The notes under the pieces: model-generated
Database searches by the model: none
Told to the model about the DNA's origin: nothing
What the model saw: only the letters and a program-made list of their open reading frames with translations
Made by a program: the position numbers and the translations under genes
Origin: an uncultured Marinoscillum sp.
GTDB lineage: Bacteria; Bacteroidota; Bacteroidia; Cytophagales; MED-G16
Assembly: GCA_902634135.1 (NCBI GenBank)
Contig: CACPJB010000001.1
Span: 100,106-164,105 of the forward strand
DNA length: 64,000 nt
Reading direction: 5' to 3'
Shown: one piece after another, positions 18,847 to 29,316 of the stretch
Numbering within the stretch: position 1 is the stretch's first letter
Layout: every line of letters starts with the position of its first letter

Positions 18847-19785
18847 TTATTTTCTTTTAAGATTATAATTTATGGATATATTATTTGTATTAGTAATTGA
18901 ATTCAAAATTAATCTAGAATAGTTTAAATTAAACCTTTTTAATATTAATTCTAATCCGTAAGAAATACCATTTAATTTATCAAAATTATTTATTTCAAAT
19001 CCTTTTTCAATTTTATGATTATAGCCAAACATAATATTTAAATATTTTGATAATAAAACTTCAATTCCCAATGAAAAGTTTTGAAAATTTATTTCTTTTT
19101 CTTTTTTGAGATATGTAAAGGAGAATCGAAATGGCATATATTCTGGTTTGAAGGATGATCCAATTTTTAAATTGGATTTTATATTTGTGATATTTTGATT
19201 AAATGTGAAGCCAAGGTTAGCAATTACTATTCCAATTGTAAAATCTTTATTATCTAAAGGTTTATAAATACTACCTATATCTATTAAAAATGCTGAATTT
19301 GATTCTTCATATAATTTTGAATAAAAATATTTAATATTTGTTCCTATTGAAAATTTTGAGAAAGTATGAGATTTCCCAAAATTTAAAATATACTCTTTCG
19401 GATAAAAATTTCCATTGAAATTTCCATTAATATCATAACCTTCAAATTCTCCATGAGAAAGATATTTTATTGCTAATCCGTAGTTTCCTAAAAATTTGCT
19501 ACTATCAGTATAGAGTATACTAGATGAATTAATATCAATTATATAATTCATATAATTCATTGTTAATGATTTATAATTAATTAATGATGGGTTTAAAATA
19601 AAATAATTATGTTTTGAAGAAATATTATTTCCTCCTAGCGCATTTACTTTTGCATTATCACTTAAATCAGTAAAATAAAAATTTTTTGTTTGAGAAAATA
19701 TTTCAGTTAAAAAAAATTGGAGGCATATAAATTGAATAAAAAATAGATATTTCAAATTTTTAAATAAATAATTTATATATATCAT
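18847..19785 (-). CDS. Outer membrane beta-barrel protein, possibly PorQ-like (T9SS-associated family)
   Basis: Signal peptide, then FTDLSDNAKVNALGGNNIS...NPSLI, which resembles the F.L..SAR.AALGG...NPA pattern I recall for PorQ-type proteins. An alternative TTG start at 19755 would give a 21-aa signal peptide (MKYLFFIQFICLQFFLTEIFS/Q) and remove the overlap with rseP. Confidence 0.4.
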   Translation of the reverse strand: MIYINYLFKNLKYLFFIQFICLQFFLTEIFSQTKNFYFTDLSDNAKVNALGGNNISSKHNYFILNPSLINYKSLTMNYMNYIIDINSSSILYTDSSKFLGNYGLAIKYLSHGEFEGYDINGNFNGNFYPKEYILNFGKSHTFSKFSIGTNIKYFYSKLYEESNSAFLIDIGSIYKPLDNKDFTIGIVIANLGFTFNQNITNIKSNLKIGSSFKPEYMPFRFSFTYLKKEKEINFQNFSLGIEVLLSKYLNIMFGYNHKIEKGFEINNFDKLNGISYGLELILKRFNLNYSRLILNSITNTNNISINYNLKRK

Positions 19786-21073
19786 TTAGAATAACATAAG
19801 TCATTAGACCTAATAATATTATAACTCCAAACTTTGTAGAATATTCTAAAAATTTTTCTGTAGGTTTTTTACCTGAAATAATTTCATAAAATATAAACAT
19901 AACATGTCCGCCATCTAATGCAGGAATTGGTAATAGATTCATAAAGGCCAAAACCATTGATAACAGACCAACTATTCTCCAAAAATTACCCCAATCCCAT
20001 TCATTTCCAAATATCTGAGCAATACCAATAGGGCCACTAATATTTTTAGAAGGGTCAATATCACCCGAAAACATTTTTCCAAACGTTTTAATATTTAAAA
20101 AAACAATACCAAAAGCCTTTTTAGTGCCAATTATAAAAGATTGGGATAAATTGTAATCTTTTTTTGAAAAAACCAGAGGATCTTGTAATACTTTTATCCC
20201 AATTGTAGCTTCTTTTGATATCTCAACAACCTTATCAATTAAATTTTTATTTCTTTCAATAGTCAATTGAGCAATTGAACTTTTGTTATTTTCTAAAATA
20301 GTTTTTAATTCATATAAATCAACTATAAATTTTTCATCAATTTTAACAATTTTATCTCCTTTCACTAAACCTGCTTTTTGAGCATTAGCATAGACACTAT
20401 CGATTATAAAAGGAGTTCTTGCCTTAAGAAATGAAGACATAGCTTCTCTACTATTCATTCTATTTATGAAATTATCAGGAATATTAATGTTAACTTCTTG
20501 ATTTTGTCTTAATACGGTAAATGTTGTGTTATCTTCAAAAAATAAATTAGGATCAAAAAGCTCAGCATCTCTTTCCCAGTCTTTCCCATTAATTAATAAG
20601 ATTTTATCTCCAGTTTCAAATCCAGCTTCAATTCCCAATTCTAAAGCTAATACACCATTTTTGTTTATTTCTTCCTTTGATAAAAATGTTTCGCCATTAT
20701 TATATGTAGTTATTGTGAAGATTATCAATCCGGTTATCACATTAAAAATTATTCCACCTAGCATAACAATTAATCTTTGCCAGGCTGGTTTTGATCTAAA
20801 TTCCCATGGTTCAGGATCTTTATTAATATGAGAAGTATCCATAGATTCATCAATGATTCCAGATATTTTTACAAATCCTCCTAAAGGGATTGACCCAAAT
20901 CCATATTCAGTTCCTTTATAAATAAAACTCCAAATTTTAGGTGGAAATCCAATGAAATATTGTTCTACTCTCATTCCAAACATCTTTGCTGTTAGAAGGT
21001 GACCAAATTCATGAATTCCAACAATTATAGAAAGAGCTAGAATCATTTGAGCTGCCATTATTATCGCATCCAT
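19760..21073 (-). CDS. rseP: RIP metalloprotease RseP (site-2 protease)
   Basis: HEFGHLLTAK zinc motif, a central PDZ-like region, and NLLPIPALDGGH. Confidence 0.9.
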   Translation of the reverse strand: MDAIIMAAQMILALSIIVGIHEFGHLLTAKMFGMRVEQYFIGFPPKIWSFIYKGTEYGFGSIPLGGFVKISGIIDESMDTSHINKDPEPWEFRSKPAWQRLIVMLGGIIFNVITGLIIFTITTYNNGETFLSKEEINKNGVLALELGIEAGFETGDKILLINGKDWERDAELFDPNLFFEDNTTFTVLRQNQEVNINIPDNFINRMNSREAMSSFLKARTPFIIDSVYANAQKAGLVKGDKIVKIDEKFIVDLYELKTILENNKSSIAQLTIERNKNLIDKVVEISKEATIGIKVLQDPLVFSKKDYNLSQSFIIGTKKAFGIVFLNIKTFGKMFSGDIDPSKNISGPIGIAQIFGNEWDWGNFWRIVGLLSMVLAFMNLLPIPALDGGHVMFIFYEIISGKKPTEKFLEYSTKFGVIILLGLMTYVILNDIYKLFI

Positions 21074-22227
21074 TATATTTTCTTTACTTTATTTATTGAA
21101 TACTCTCTAGTTTTTAAATCAGTTTCTATCAACTGATCTAGATTTGGATTTGCAATATATGATATTTTATTTAAAGATTCTTCAATAATTTTTGTCATGT
21201 CTAAGTATGCTATTTTTTCTTTTAAAAATGCATCTACTACTATTTCATTTGCAGCGTTCAAAACACAAGGCATATTACCTCCACTTTTACCTGCTTCAAA
21301 TGCTAATTTGAGATTATTAAAAGTTTTCATACATGGTTCATCAAATGTTAGTTCATTATTTTTTGAAAAATCAAATCTCTTATAATTATTTTTAATTCTT
21401 TGAGAAAATCCAAGTGCATATTGGATAGGTAACTTCATGTCTGGTTCTCCTAATTGTGCTTTAATTGAACCATCATTAAATTCTACCATAGAATGAATTA
21501 TGGATTGAGGATGGATAACAACATCAATCATATCAATATTAAAATTAAATAGAAATTTAGCTTCTATTACTTCTAAACCTTTATTCATTAAGGTAGAAGA
21601 ATCAATGGTTATCTTATCACCCATATTCCAATTAGGATGATTCAATGCTTCTTTTTTTGTAATTCTTTTTAATTCATTTAATTTTTTATTTCTAAAGGGA
21701 CCTCCAGATGCTGTTAAAATTATTTTTTCAATTGATTCATATTTTTCTCCAATTAGACATTGATATATAGCAGAATGCTCAGAATCAACAGGATATATAT
21801 TTACATTATATTTTTTGCAGAGTTTCATAATAATTTCACCAGCTACTACAAGAGTTTCTTTATTTGCTAATGCTATATCTATATTATTTTTTATTGCATT
21901 AATAGTAGGAATTAATCCTGATTTTCCAACTAAAGCTGTCAAAACTTGATCAGGATTACAAAATTGCATAAAATTATGAAGAGCCATTTCTCCATAATGA
22001 ATTTCAATTTTTTCATCTTTCAATTCATTTTCTATAATTTTTTTTTCTTTTATATCTCCAAAAATGATAGCTCTTGGTTTATATTTTTTTGCTTGTTCAA
22101 TTAATAATTTATAATTTTTATTTGCTGTAAGTAATTCAACTTTGAACTTATCTTGATTTTCGGAAATTACTTCAAGGGATTGAGTTCCTATTGAACCTGT
22201 AGATCCTAAAATTGCAATATTTTTCAA
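21073..22227 (-). CDS. dxr: 1-deoxy-D-xylulose 5-phosphate reductoisomerase
   Basis: NADPH motif ILGSTGSIGTQSL; DSEHSAIYQC; 384 aa. Confidence 0.95.
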   Translation of the reverse strand: MKNIAILGSTGSIGTQSLEVISENQDKFKVELLTANKNYKLLIEQAKKYKPRAIIFGDIKEKKIIENELKDEKIEIHYGEMALHNFMQFCNPDQVLTALVGKSGLIPTINAIKNNIDIALANKETLVVAGEIIMKLCKKYNVNIYPVDSEHSAIYQCLIGEKYESIEKIILTASGGPFRNKKLNELKRITKKEALNHPNWNMGDKITIDSSTLMNKGLEVIEAKFLFNFNIDMIDVVIHPQSIIHSMVEFNDGSIKAQLGEPDMKLPIQYALGFSQRIKNNYKRFDFSKNNELTFDEPCMKTFNNLKLAFEAGKSGGNMPCVLNAANEIVVDAFLKEKIAYLDMTKIIEESLNKISYIANPNLDQLIETDLKTREYSINKVKKI

Positions 22228-22229
22228 TT

Positions 22230-23735
22230 TTAATTTAGTTTTAGTATTTGATTAATTAATTTATCATCATTAGATAATCTTGGAACTTTATTTTGACCTC
22301 CTAATTTACCTATTGATTTCATAAAATTAATGAATGATTTTCTTTTTACTTCTTTTATTTTTAAAGTGCTCAATACCTTATCTTCAATCAAATCTTTATA
22401 ATACGTATTGCGTTTTTGAAGATTTATATCAATCTCTTTTTCAAACAATGCTAAATTTTTTGGTTTAGTTTTAAATTCAATTAACCATTGATGGTGTGAC
22501 CTTCCTTTTTTATTTATAATTTTTGGTCCTACTGTATATTCTACAATTTGAACTTCTTTAAATTTTTCACAAGCTTTTTTTAATGATAAATCAACCTCTT
22601 CAACAATTACATGTTCTCCAAATGCAGAAATAAATTGTTTAGTTCTCCCAGTAACTCTAATTTTTAAAGGATTTAAAGATGTAAACTTTATAGTATCTCC
22701 TATCATATATGACCACAAACCAGCATTTGAAGTAATTATTAAAGCATAATTTACATTTAACTTTACCTCTCCAACAGTTATTCTTTTAGGATTTTTTTTA
22801 TTTAAATTTTTGATTTCAATAAATTCATAGAATATCCCTGAATTAATTTGAAGTAAAAGATCAGCATCTTTTATTAAATTTTGATATGCGAAAAACCCCT
22901 CTGATGCTGGAAAAGTTTCTAATGTATCTATTTTTTTCCCAATACTATCAAATAAGTTTTCTTTATAAGGTTCAAAATTTACACCTCCATGACATATTAA
23001 TGAGAGATTTGGAAAAATATCTTTAATTTTTTTTCCAGTTCTTTTTATTATAACATCAAAATACATTTGAATCCAAGGTGGGATCCCTCCTAAAATTCTT
23101 AAATCTTTTCCTATTGTATAGTCAACAATATTTTCAATCTTTTTTTCCCAATCCTCTATTTTATTAATTTGTTTAGAAGGTAGTATCATATGTTTCAAAT
23201 ATTGTGGCGTATGATAATTTACTATTCCTGAGAGCCTTCCAACTTTAATTCCATTTTCCTCAATTAGATTAGGTGATCCTGAAATAAACATAACTTTTCC
23301 ATTGACTGATTGCAATGAATTTTTATTTACTAGGTAGCTTAATAGAAGATAAGTAGCTGAATTAATTTGATTTTTTAATGATTCATTTGTTATTGGTATA
23401 AATTTTGAACCAGAAGTTGTTCCAGATGTTTTTGCAAAATATTTAGGTATTCCAGGCCATAGAATGTTTTTTTCTCCTTTTCTTATTTTATCAATATATT
23501 TTTTAATCGTTTCATAATCCCTAACTGATACATTTTTAATGTAATCTTCATAATTTTTTATTTTTTCAAAATTATGTTTAATTCCAAATAGGGTTTTATC
23601 TGATATTTTGATAAATTTTTTTAATAATTTTTTTTGAATAATATCAGCTTCATATTGGGTTTTATTTTGAATTGAATATGAAGTATCTAAGAGTTTATAT
23701 ACTTTATTTAAATAGAATAACAATTTAGAAACCAT
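22230..23735 (-). CDS. GH3 (auxin-responsive promoter) family protein
   Basis: 501 aa with adenylate-forming-like motif FAKTSGTTSGSKFIP, typical of bacterial GH3-family proteins. Confidence 0.75.
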   Translation of the reverse strand: MVSKLLFYLNKVYKLLDTSYSIQNKTQYEADIIQKKLLKKFIKISDKTLFGIKHNFEKIKNYEDYIKNVSVRDYETIKKYIDKIRKGEKNILWPGIPKYFAKTSGTTSGSKFIPITNESLKNQINSATYLLLSYLVNKNSLQSVNGKVMFISGSPNLIEENGIKVGRLSGIVNYHTPQYLKHMILPSKQINKIEDWEKKIENIVDYTIGKDLRILGGIPPWIQMYFDVIIKRTGKKIKDIFPNLSLICHGGVNFEPYKENLFDSIGKKIDTLETFPASEGFFAYQNLIKDADLLLQINSGIFYEFIEIKNLNKKNPKRITVGEVKLNVNYALIITSNAGLWSYMIGDTIKFTSLNPLKIRVTGRTKQFISAFGEHVIVEEVDLSLKKACEKFKEVQIVEYTVGPKIINKKGRSHHQWLIEFKTKPKNLALFEKEIDINLQKRNTYYKDLIEDKVLSTLKIKEVKRKSFINFMKSIGKLGGQNKVPRLSNDDKLINQILKLN

Positions 23736-23792
23736 TTTTTAAATGCAAAATTCAAATATGCATAATAATATTAATATCTATAAATTATAATA

Positions 23793-25124
23793 TTATCCTA
23801 TTAATATTCTTCTATTGATTTCTTCAATATTTTTTTTAAAAAAATTATCAGTATCAATCATATCATTCACAGATTGTACGGCATGAATTACAGTGCTATG
23901 ATCTCTTCCCCCAAAATGGTATCCAATCGATTTTAAAGAATTATTAGTAAAGTCTTTAGAAAAATACATAGCAACTTGTCTTGCAATAACTATTTCTTTT
24001 CTTCTGGCTTTATCTTTCATATCTTCAATGCTAATTTGAAAATACTTTGATACTATTTCTTGAATGTATTTAATATCAATTTCTCTATTTGTGTCCTTAA
24101 CAATCTTTGAGATTATGGACTTAGTTAATTCAATTGATATATCTTCTTTTGTAATCGTAGAATGAGCAAGTAAAGAAACAAGTACCCCTTCAAGTTCTCT
24201 AACATTAGTATCAACTTGGAAAGCAATGTATTCAATTATTTCTGAATCAATCTTTATATTTTCCATCTTAATTTTATATTCAAGAATATCTAATCTTGTT
24301 TTATAATCTGGTTTTTCAAGTTCTACAGTTAATCCTGATTTGAATCTACTAACTAATCTCTTTTCAAGGCCTTCTAATTCTACAGGAGATTTATCTGCAG
24401 CAAGTATAATTTGCTTATTATTTAAATTTAATTGATTAAAAATATGGAAAAATACTTCTTGAGTTTTTTCTTTTCCTTTAAAAAACTGAACATCATCAAT
24501 AATTAGACAGTCAATATTTATATAGAAGTTTATTAAATCTTTTAATTTATTTTCTTTTAGTGAATCAATAAATTGATTTGCAAATTTTTCAGAAGTTACA
24601 TAGTAAACAGATGAGTTTATTTTTTTTGAAATTTTATTTCCTATTGATTGAATCAAATGAGTTTTTCCAAGTCCAACACCTCCATAAACCATTAATGGGT
24701 TAAAAGGATTTCTACCAGGATTTTCAGAAATTCTTTTTCCTGCTGCTTTTGCAACACTATTACACTTTCCTGGTATAAAACTTTTAAATCTATAATTTTT
24801 ATTTAGGTTATTAAAAAACACTTTTGATTTTGTCTCACTTATTTCCTGTGACTTATTATTTCTATTTTTAGAATTATTTTTTTTATCAGATATTAGGTAT
24901 TCTATCTTTCCATCTTTTCCTAGGACTTTTATAATAATTTTATTTAATAATTCTAAGTAGTGGTTTTCAATCCATTCATAAAAGAACTTATTAGGAACAA
25001 TTAACGTCAAAGTTTTATCCTTATATGATTTTGGAATAATTGGTTTAAACCATGTTATAAAACTTTGTGAGGTTATATTATTCTTAATTATAGACAAACA
25101 GTTTTCCCAATGCTTTTCGTGCAT
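23793..25124 (-). CDS. dnaA: Chromosomal replication initiator DnaA
   Basis: Walker A GGVGLGKTHL, AAA+ core, and a C-terminal DNA-binding domain (...GGRDHSTVIHA). Confidence 0.95.
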   Translation of the reverse strand: MHEKHWENCLSIIKNNITSQSFITWFKPIIPKSYKDKTLTLIVPNKFFYEWIENHYLELLNKIIIKVLGKDGKIEYLISDKKNNSKNRNNKSQEISETKSKVFFNNLNKNYRFKSFIPGKCNSVAKAAGKRISENPGRNPFNPLMVYGGVGLGKTHLIQSIGNKISKKINSSVYYVTSEKFANQFIDSLKENKLKDLINFYINIDCLIIDDVQFFKGKEKTQEVFFHIFNQLNLNNKQIILAADKSPVELEGLEKRLVSRFKSGLTVELEKPDYKTRLDILEYKIKMENIKIDSEIIEYIAFQVDTNVRELEGVLVSLLAHSTITKEDISIELTKSIISKIVKDTNREIDIKYIQEIVSKYFQISIEDMKDKARRKEIVIARQVAMYFSKDFTNNSLKSIGYHFGGRDHSTVIHAVQSVNDMIDTDNFFKKNIEEINRRILIG

Positions 25125-25318
25125 TTAAAAATATTTAAGTGGTTTATAAAATTTGCTATTGTTTCAAATAGGGACTCAAATATTAATCATTTTATTTAAT
25201 TAAAAAAATATTTTTTTTATTGACTTTTTGAAACCTTCTATTTTGTACAAATTATCAACATAAGATTTTAAAATTCTTTGAAAAGTACAATAAGTTTTTT
25301 TTCTAATATATAAGAGAT

Positions 25319-25326
25319 TAAATTTG
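25319..25326 (+). promoter_or_regulatory. Candidate -7 promoter box (TAAATTTG) upstream of the FNR-like gene
   Basis: Exact TAnnTTTG match 16 nt upstream of the ATG at 25343. It overlaps the small palindrome AAATTTG-N6-CAAATTT (25320-25339). Confidence 0.35.
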
Positions 25327-25342
25327 GCTTTTCAAATTTAGT

Positions 25343-26032
25343 ATGTGGTCACAAGCAACTCTTATTTCAATAAAAAAAGAAACTGAATTGACATGGAGAT
25401 TTTTTATTAAATCTGAAGAAAATTTTGATTTTATAGCTGGTCAATTTGTTCGGATAAAAATTAATGATATAGTTAGAAGTTACTCAATTGCATCTTTCAA
25501 ATCATCTAATAAAACTTTTGAGCTATTAATTGTAAAATTAGATGGTGGAAAAATGACAAATATCCTATTTAATAATTTAAATATTGGAGATAAATTAGAA
25601 ATTAAAGGTCCTTTAGGAAGATTTATTTTGCCTGAAAAAATTGATGGTGATTTATTATTTATATGTACAGGAACAGGTCTTGCTCCATTTAGAAGTATAT
25701 TACAAAGTATTGCATTAAATAATATTGTTCACAATAAAATCTATTTGATATTTGGGACAAGAACCTCAAAGGATTTATTATGTTATGATGAAATGATAAA
25801 ATATCAAGATAATATTGTTGGATTTAAATATATTCCTGTTTTGTCTAGAGAAAAATGGAATGGCAAAATTGGATATGTTCACAATCAATATCTTGAAATA
25901 ATTAAATCTAATAATCTTGTTAATCCAACTTTTTATTTATGTGGTTGGAGAGATATGATTAAAGAGGCAAGAATTAATTTTAAAGAGTTAGGATTTGATT
26001 CAAAAAAGATTAAACTCGAAATTTACGGATGA
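25343..26032 (+). CDS. Ferredoxin-NADP reductase-like FAD/NAD(P)-binding oxidoreductase
   Basis: FAD-binding motif RSYSIAS and NAD(P)-binding motif CTGTGLAPF; 229 aa. Confidence 0.75.
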   Translation: MWSQATLISIKKETELTWRFFIKSEENFDFIAGQFVRIKINDIVRSYSIASFKSSNKTFELLIVKLDGGKMTNILFNNLNIGDKLEIKGPLGRFILPEKIDGDLLFICTGTGLAPFRSILQSIALNNIVHNKIYLIFGTRTSKDLLCYDEMIKYQDNIVGFKYIPVLSREKWNGKIGYVHNQYLEIIKSNNLVNPTFYLCGWRDMIKEARINFKELGFDSKKIKLEIYG

Positions 26033-27912
26033 AAAATAAAATAAAGCACGAGTGTGGTATTGCTTTTTTGAGATTAAGAAAACCTTTGCAATATTTTTTA
26101 GACAAATATAATACTCCATCATACTCTGTTAATAAGATGTTTTTAATGATGCATAAACAAAGAAACAGAGGTCAGGATGGATCCGGAATAGCTTCATTGA
26201 AATTAAATAGTTCCCCAGGTAAAAAATATATCAGCAGGTATAGATCTGTAAAAAAAGATTCTATTCAAGATATTTTTAATAAGATTAATAAAAAGATTGC
26301 TTCTGCAAAAGAAAATTCTGACTATAAACTTGATGAGAAATGGCTCAAAGATAATATAGCTTTTACTGGAGAATCATGGTTAGGTCATTTAAGATATGGT
26401 ACTTTTGGCGGGAATTCTATTGAAAACTGTGCGCCTACATTGAGGCAAAATAATTGGAGATCTAAAAATCTAATTTTTGCTGGTAATTTTAATATGACTA
26501 ATTTGGATGAATTATTTAATGTTCTTGTTGATTTAGGTCAAAGTCCTAAAGAAAAATCAGATACTGTTACTATTCTAGAGAAGGTAGGTCATTTTTTAGA
26601 TGAAGAAAATAATAGAATTTATGGTAAGTATTCTTCTAAATATGATAAAAAACATATTTCATTAAAAATAGAAGAGGAACTTAACGTGATTAATATTCTA
26701 AAAAATTCATTTAAAGATTTTGATGGCGGATATGCTTTAGCAGGAATGATTGGTAATGGTTCATCTTTTGTTGCCAGAGACCCTAATGGAATACGTCCAT
26801 TATATTATTATATAAATGATGAAGTTATAGTAGCAACAAGTGAAAGACCTCCAATTAAAACTGCTTTTGGTTGTGATTTTAATGAAATAATAGAATTACA
26901 TCGGGGGAATGCGCTAATTGTTAATAAAGATGGAAGCTATTCTATTGAAAAGTTTATAGAACCTAAAGAAAATAAAGCCTGTTCTTTTGAAAGGATTTAT
27001 TTTTCTAGAGGAAATGACCCGGAAATTTATAAAGAAAGAAAAAAACTTGGCGAACTTCTTATACCTCAAGTTTTTGATGCTATAGATAATGATTTAAAAA
27101 ATACAATTTTTTCTTACATACCAAACACTTCAGAAACTTGTTTTTATGGAATGATAGATGGTATCAAAAATCATCTAACTTTAAAAAAGAAAGAAATTTT
27201 TATTGATAAGAAGTCTTATGATGATTCACCAGAAGATTTAATTTTTTTAAAAACAAGAATTGAAAAATTGGTTAGTAAAGATGTAAAGATGAGAACTTTC
27301 ATAACTGATGATAACAAGAGAAATGAATTAGTTTCAAATGTTTATGATACAACTTATGATATTGTTGAAAAAAATAAAGATTCAATTGTTATTATTGATG
27401 ATTCAATAGTAAGAGGGACAACTCTTGAAAAGAGTATTTTAACTTTATTATCATCCCTTGAGGCAAAGAAAGTAATTTTTGTTTCATCCTCACCGCAGAT
27501 TAGATATCCTGACTGTTATGGAATAGACATGAGTAAAATGAATCAGTTTGTTGCATTTAGAGGTTTAATAAGATTAATTAAGCTTAACAATAAAGATCAT
27601 TTGATTCAAGATATTTATAATAAGTGTAAAAAATCCTTATATGACACTAATCCAAAAAATCATGTAAAAGAGTTATACGATTTATTTACATATGAAGAGG
27701 TATCAGACTCAATATCGGATATTGTAAAACCTAAGGGATTTAAATCTGAACTTAAAATTATATATCAGAAAATTGAAAATTTAAATAAAGCTTGTCCAAA
27801 TAATTTAGGAGATTGGTATTTTACAGGTAATTATCCTACTCCTGGAGGAAATAAAGTTGCAAATCAGTCATTTATTAATTATTGTGATGGAAATAGTGGG
27901 AGAGCATACTAA
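26029..27912 (+). CDS. purF: Amidophosphoribosyltransferase (long Bacteroidetes-type PurF)
   Basis: N-terminal class-II GATase nucleophile context HECGIAF and PRTase motif VIIDDSIVRGTT. ATGA overlap with the upstream gene. Confidence 0.85.
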   Translation: MKNKIKHECGIAFLRLRKPLQYFLDKYNTPSYSVNKMFLMMHKQRNRGQDGSGIASLKLNSSPGKKYISRYRSVKKDSIQDIFNKINKKIASAKENSDYKLDEKWLKDNIAFTGESWLGHLRYGTFGGNSIENCAPTLRQNNWRSKNLIFAGNFNMTNLDELFNVLVDLGQSPKEKSDTVTILEKVGHFLDEENNRIYGKYSSKYDKKHISLKIEEELNVINILKNSFKDFDGGYALAGMIGNGSSFVARDPNGIRPLYYYINDEVIVATSERPPIKTAFGCDFNEIIELHRGNALIVNKDGSYSIEKFIEPKENKACSFERIYFSRGNDPEIYKERKKLGELLIPQVFDAIDNDLKNTIFSYIPNTSETCFYGMIDGIKNHLTLKKKEIFIDKKSYDDSPEDLIFLKTRIEKLVSKDVKMRTFITDDNKRNELVSNVYDTTYDIVEKNKDSIVIIDDSIVRGTTLEKSILTLLSSLEAKKVIFVSSSPQIRYPDCYGIDMSKMNQFVAFRGLIRLIKLNNKDHLIQDIYNKCKKSLYDTNPKNHVKELYDLFTYEEVSDSISDIVKPKGFKSELKIIYQKIENLNKACPNNLGDWYFTGNYPTPGGNKVANQSFINYCDGNSGRAY

Positions 27913-28235
27913 ACAGAAAAACTTTCTCCACAGCCACAGGTCCTAGATGCATTAGGGTTTTTAAACTGAAATCCTTTACCATTTAATCCATCACTAAAGT
28001 CAAGTTCGGTTCCTAAAACATAAAAAAGGCTTTTTTTATCAACTATAATTTTTACACCTCTATCTTCAAAAAATTCATCTGAATCTGAAATAATATTATC
28101 AAAGTTTAAATCATATAGTAACCCTGAACATCCACCTCCTTTGACTTTTACTCTTACATTATGATCATTAGAGAAATTTTCTGAATTTCTTAATTCCTTT
28201 AGTTTTTTTGCTGCCTTATCAGTAATTTTTATCAT
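27909..28235 (-). CDS. Iron-sulfur cluster insertion/assembly protein (IscA/ErpA/HesB family)
   Basis: 108 aa with GGGCSG and the C-terminal CGCGESF motif. Confidence 0.85.
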   Translation of the reverse strand: MIKITDKAAKKLKELRNSENFSNDHNVRVKVKGGGCSGLLYDLNFDNIISDSDEFFEDRGVKIIVDKKSLFYVLGTELDFSDGLNGKGFQFKNPNASRTCGCGESFSV

Positions 28236-28293
28236 CTTACTTTATTGATTACAAAAGTATATATTAATACCTATTTTTTAAAATAATTTTTTA

Positions 28294-29316
28294 GTGAAAA
28301 GAACTGAAATTAATGAATTAGGAGAATTTGGAATTATTAAAAGAATAAATTCAAAATTTGAAAATGTGCATAAAAGTACTGTATTGGGAATTGGAGATGA
28401 TGCTGCGATAACATCTTCAGATAAAGAATTAATACTAATATCATCAGATATGTTAATTGAAGGTGTCCATTTTGATTTATCATATACACCATTAATACAC
28501 TTAGGTTATAAATTAGTTGTAATTAACCTTTCGGATATTTTTTCTATGAATTGTTATCCGAATCAGATATTAATTAATTTAGCAATCAGTAATAAATTTT
28601 CAATTGAAGCAATTGATGAGATTTATAAAGGGATAAAATATGCATGTGATGATTATAATATAGATTTAATTGGTGGAGATACAACTTCTTCAATGTCTGG
28701 TTTAGTGATGTCATGCACAGTTATTGGTTATGGACATAAAAAACAGATCTCATATAGAGATAAAGCTAAAGTTGATGATATTATTTGTGTGTCTGGGGAT
28801 TTGGGTAGAGCTTTTTTAGGTTTATTAATTTTACAAAGAGAAAAAAGCAAATATTTAGATGAGCCAAAAAATCAGCCTGATCTTTCTAAATATAAAAAAT
28901 TAGTTGAAAAACAATTAAGGCCTGAAGCAAGAAAAGATATAATTGACTATTTTAAATCTTATAAAATTGTTCCAAATAGTATGATAGACATTTCAGATGG
29001 GCTTTCTTCTGATTTATTACATATCTCAAATTCATCAGATTTAGGTTTTAAAATTTTTGAAGAAAAATTGCCAATAGAATTAGATACTTATTCAGTTTCT
29101 AGGGAATTAAATATAGATTATTTGGAAGCAGTTTTAAATGGTGGAGAAGAATATGAGCTTTTATTTTCAATTCCAGTAGATAAATTCGATAGTTTAAACC
29201 TTGATAATATAGATATTACTCCTATAGGACATTTTACAAAAAATAAAAAAAGGAGTATAGTTCAAAAAAATGGGAAGGAAATAGAATTAAATTCAAAAGG
29301 TTGGAAGCATTTTTAA
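28294..29316 (+). CDS. thiL: Thiamine-monophosphate kinase
   Basis: GTG start. N-terminus ELGEFGIIKRI and GIGDDAA, with AIR-synthase-related domain architecture. Confidence 0.8.
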   Translation: MKRTEINELGEFGIIKRINSKFENVHKSTVLGIGDDAAITSSDKELILISSDMLIEGVHFDLSYTPLIHLGYKLVVINLSDIFSMNCYPNQILINLAISNKFSIEAIDEIYKGIKYACDDYNIDLIGGDTTSSMSGLVMSCTVIGYGHKKQISYRDKAKVDDIICVSGDLGRAFLGLLILQREKSKYLDEPKNQPDLSKYKKLVEKQLRPEARKDIIDYFKSYKIVPNSMIDISDGLSSDLLHISNSSDLGFKIFEEKLPIELDTYSVSRELNIDYLEAVLNGGEEYELLFSIPVDKFDSLNLDNIDITPIGHFTKNKKRSIVQKNGKEIELNSKGWKHF

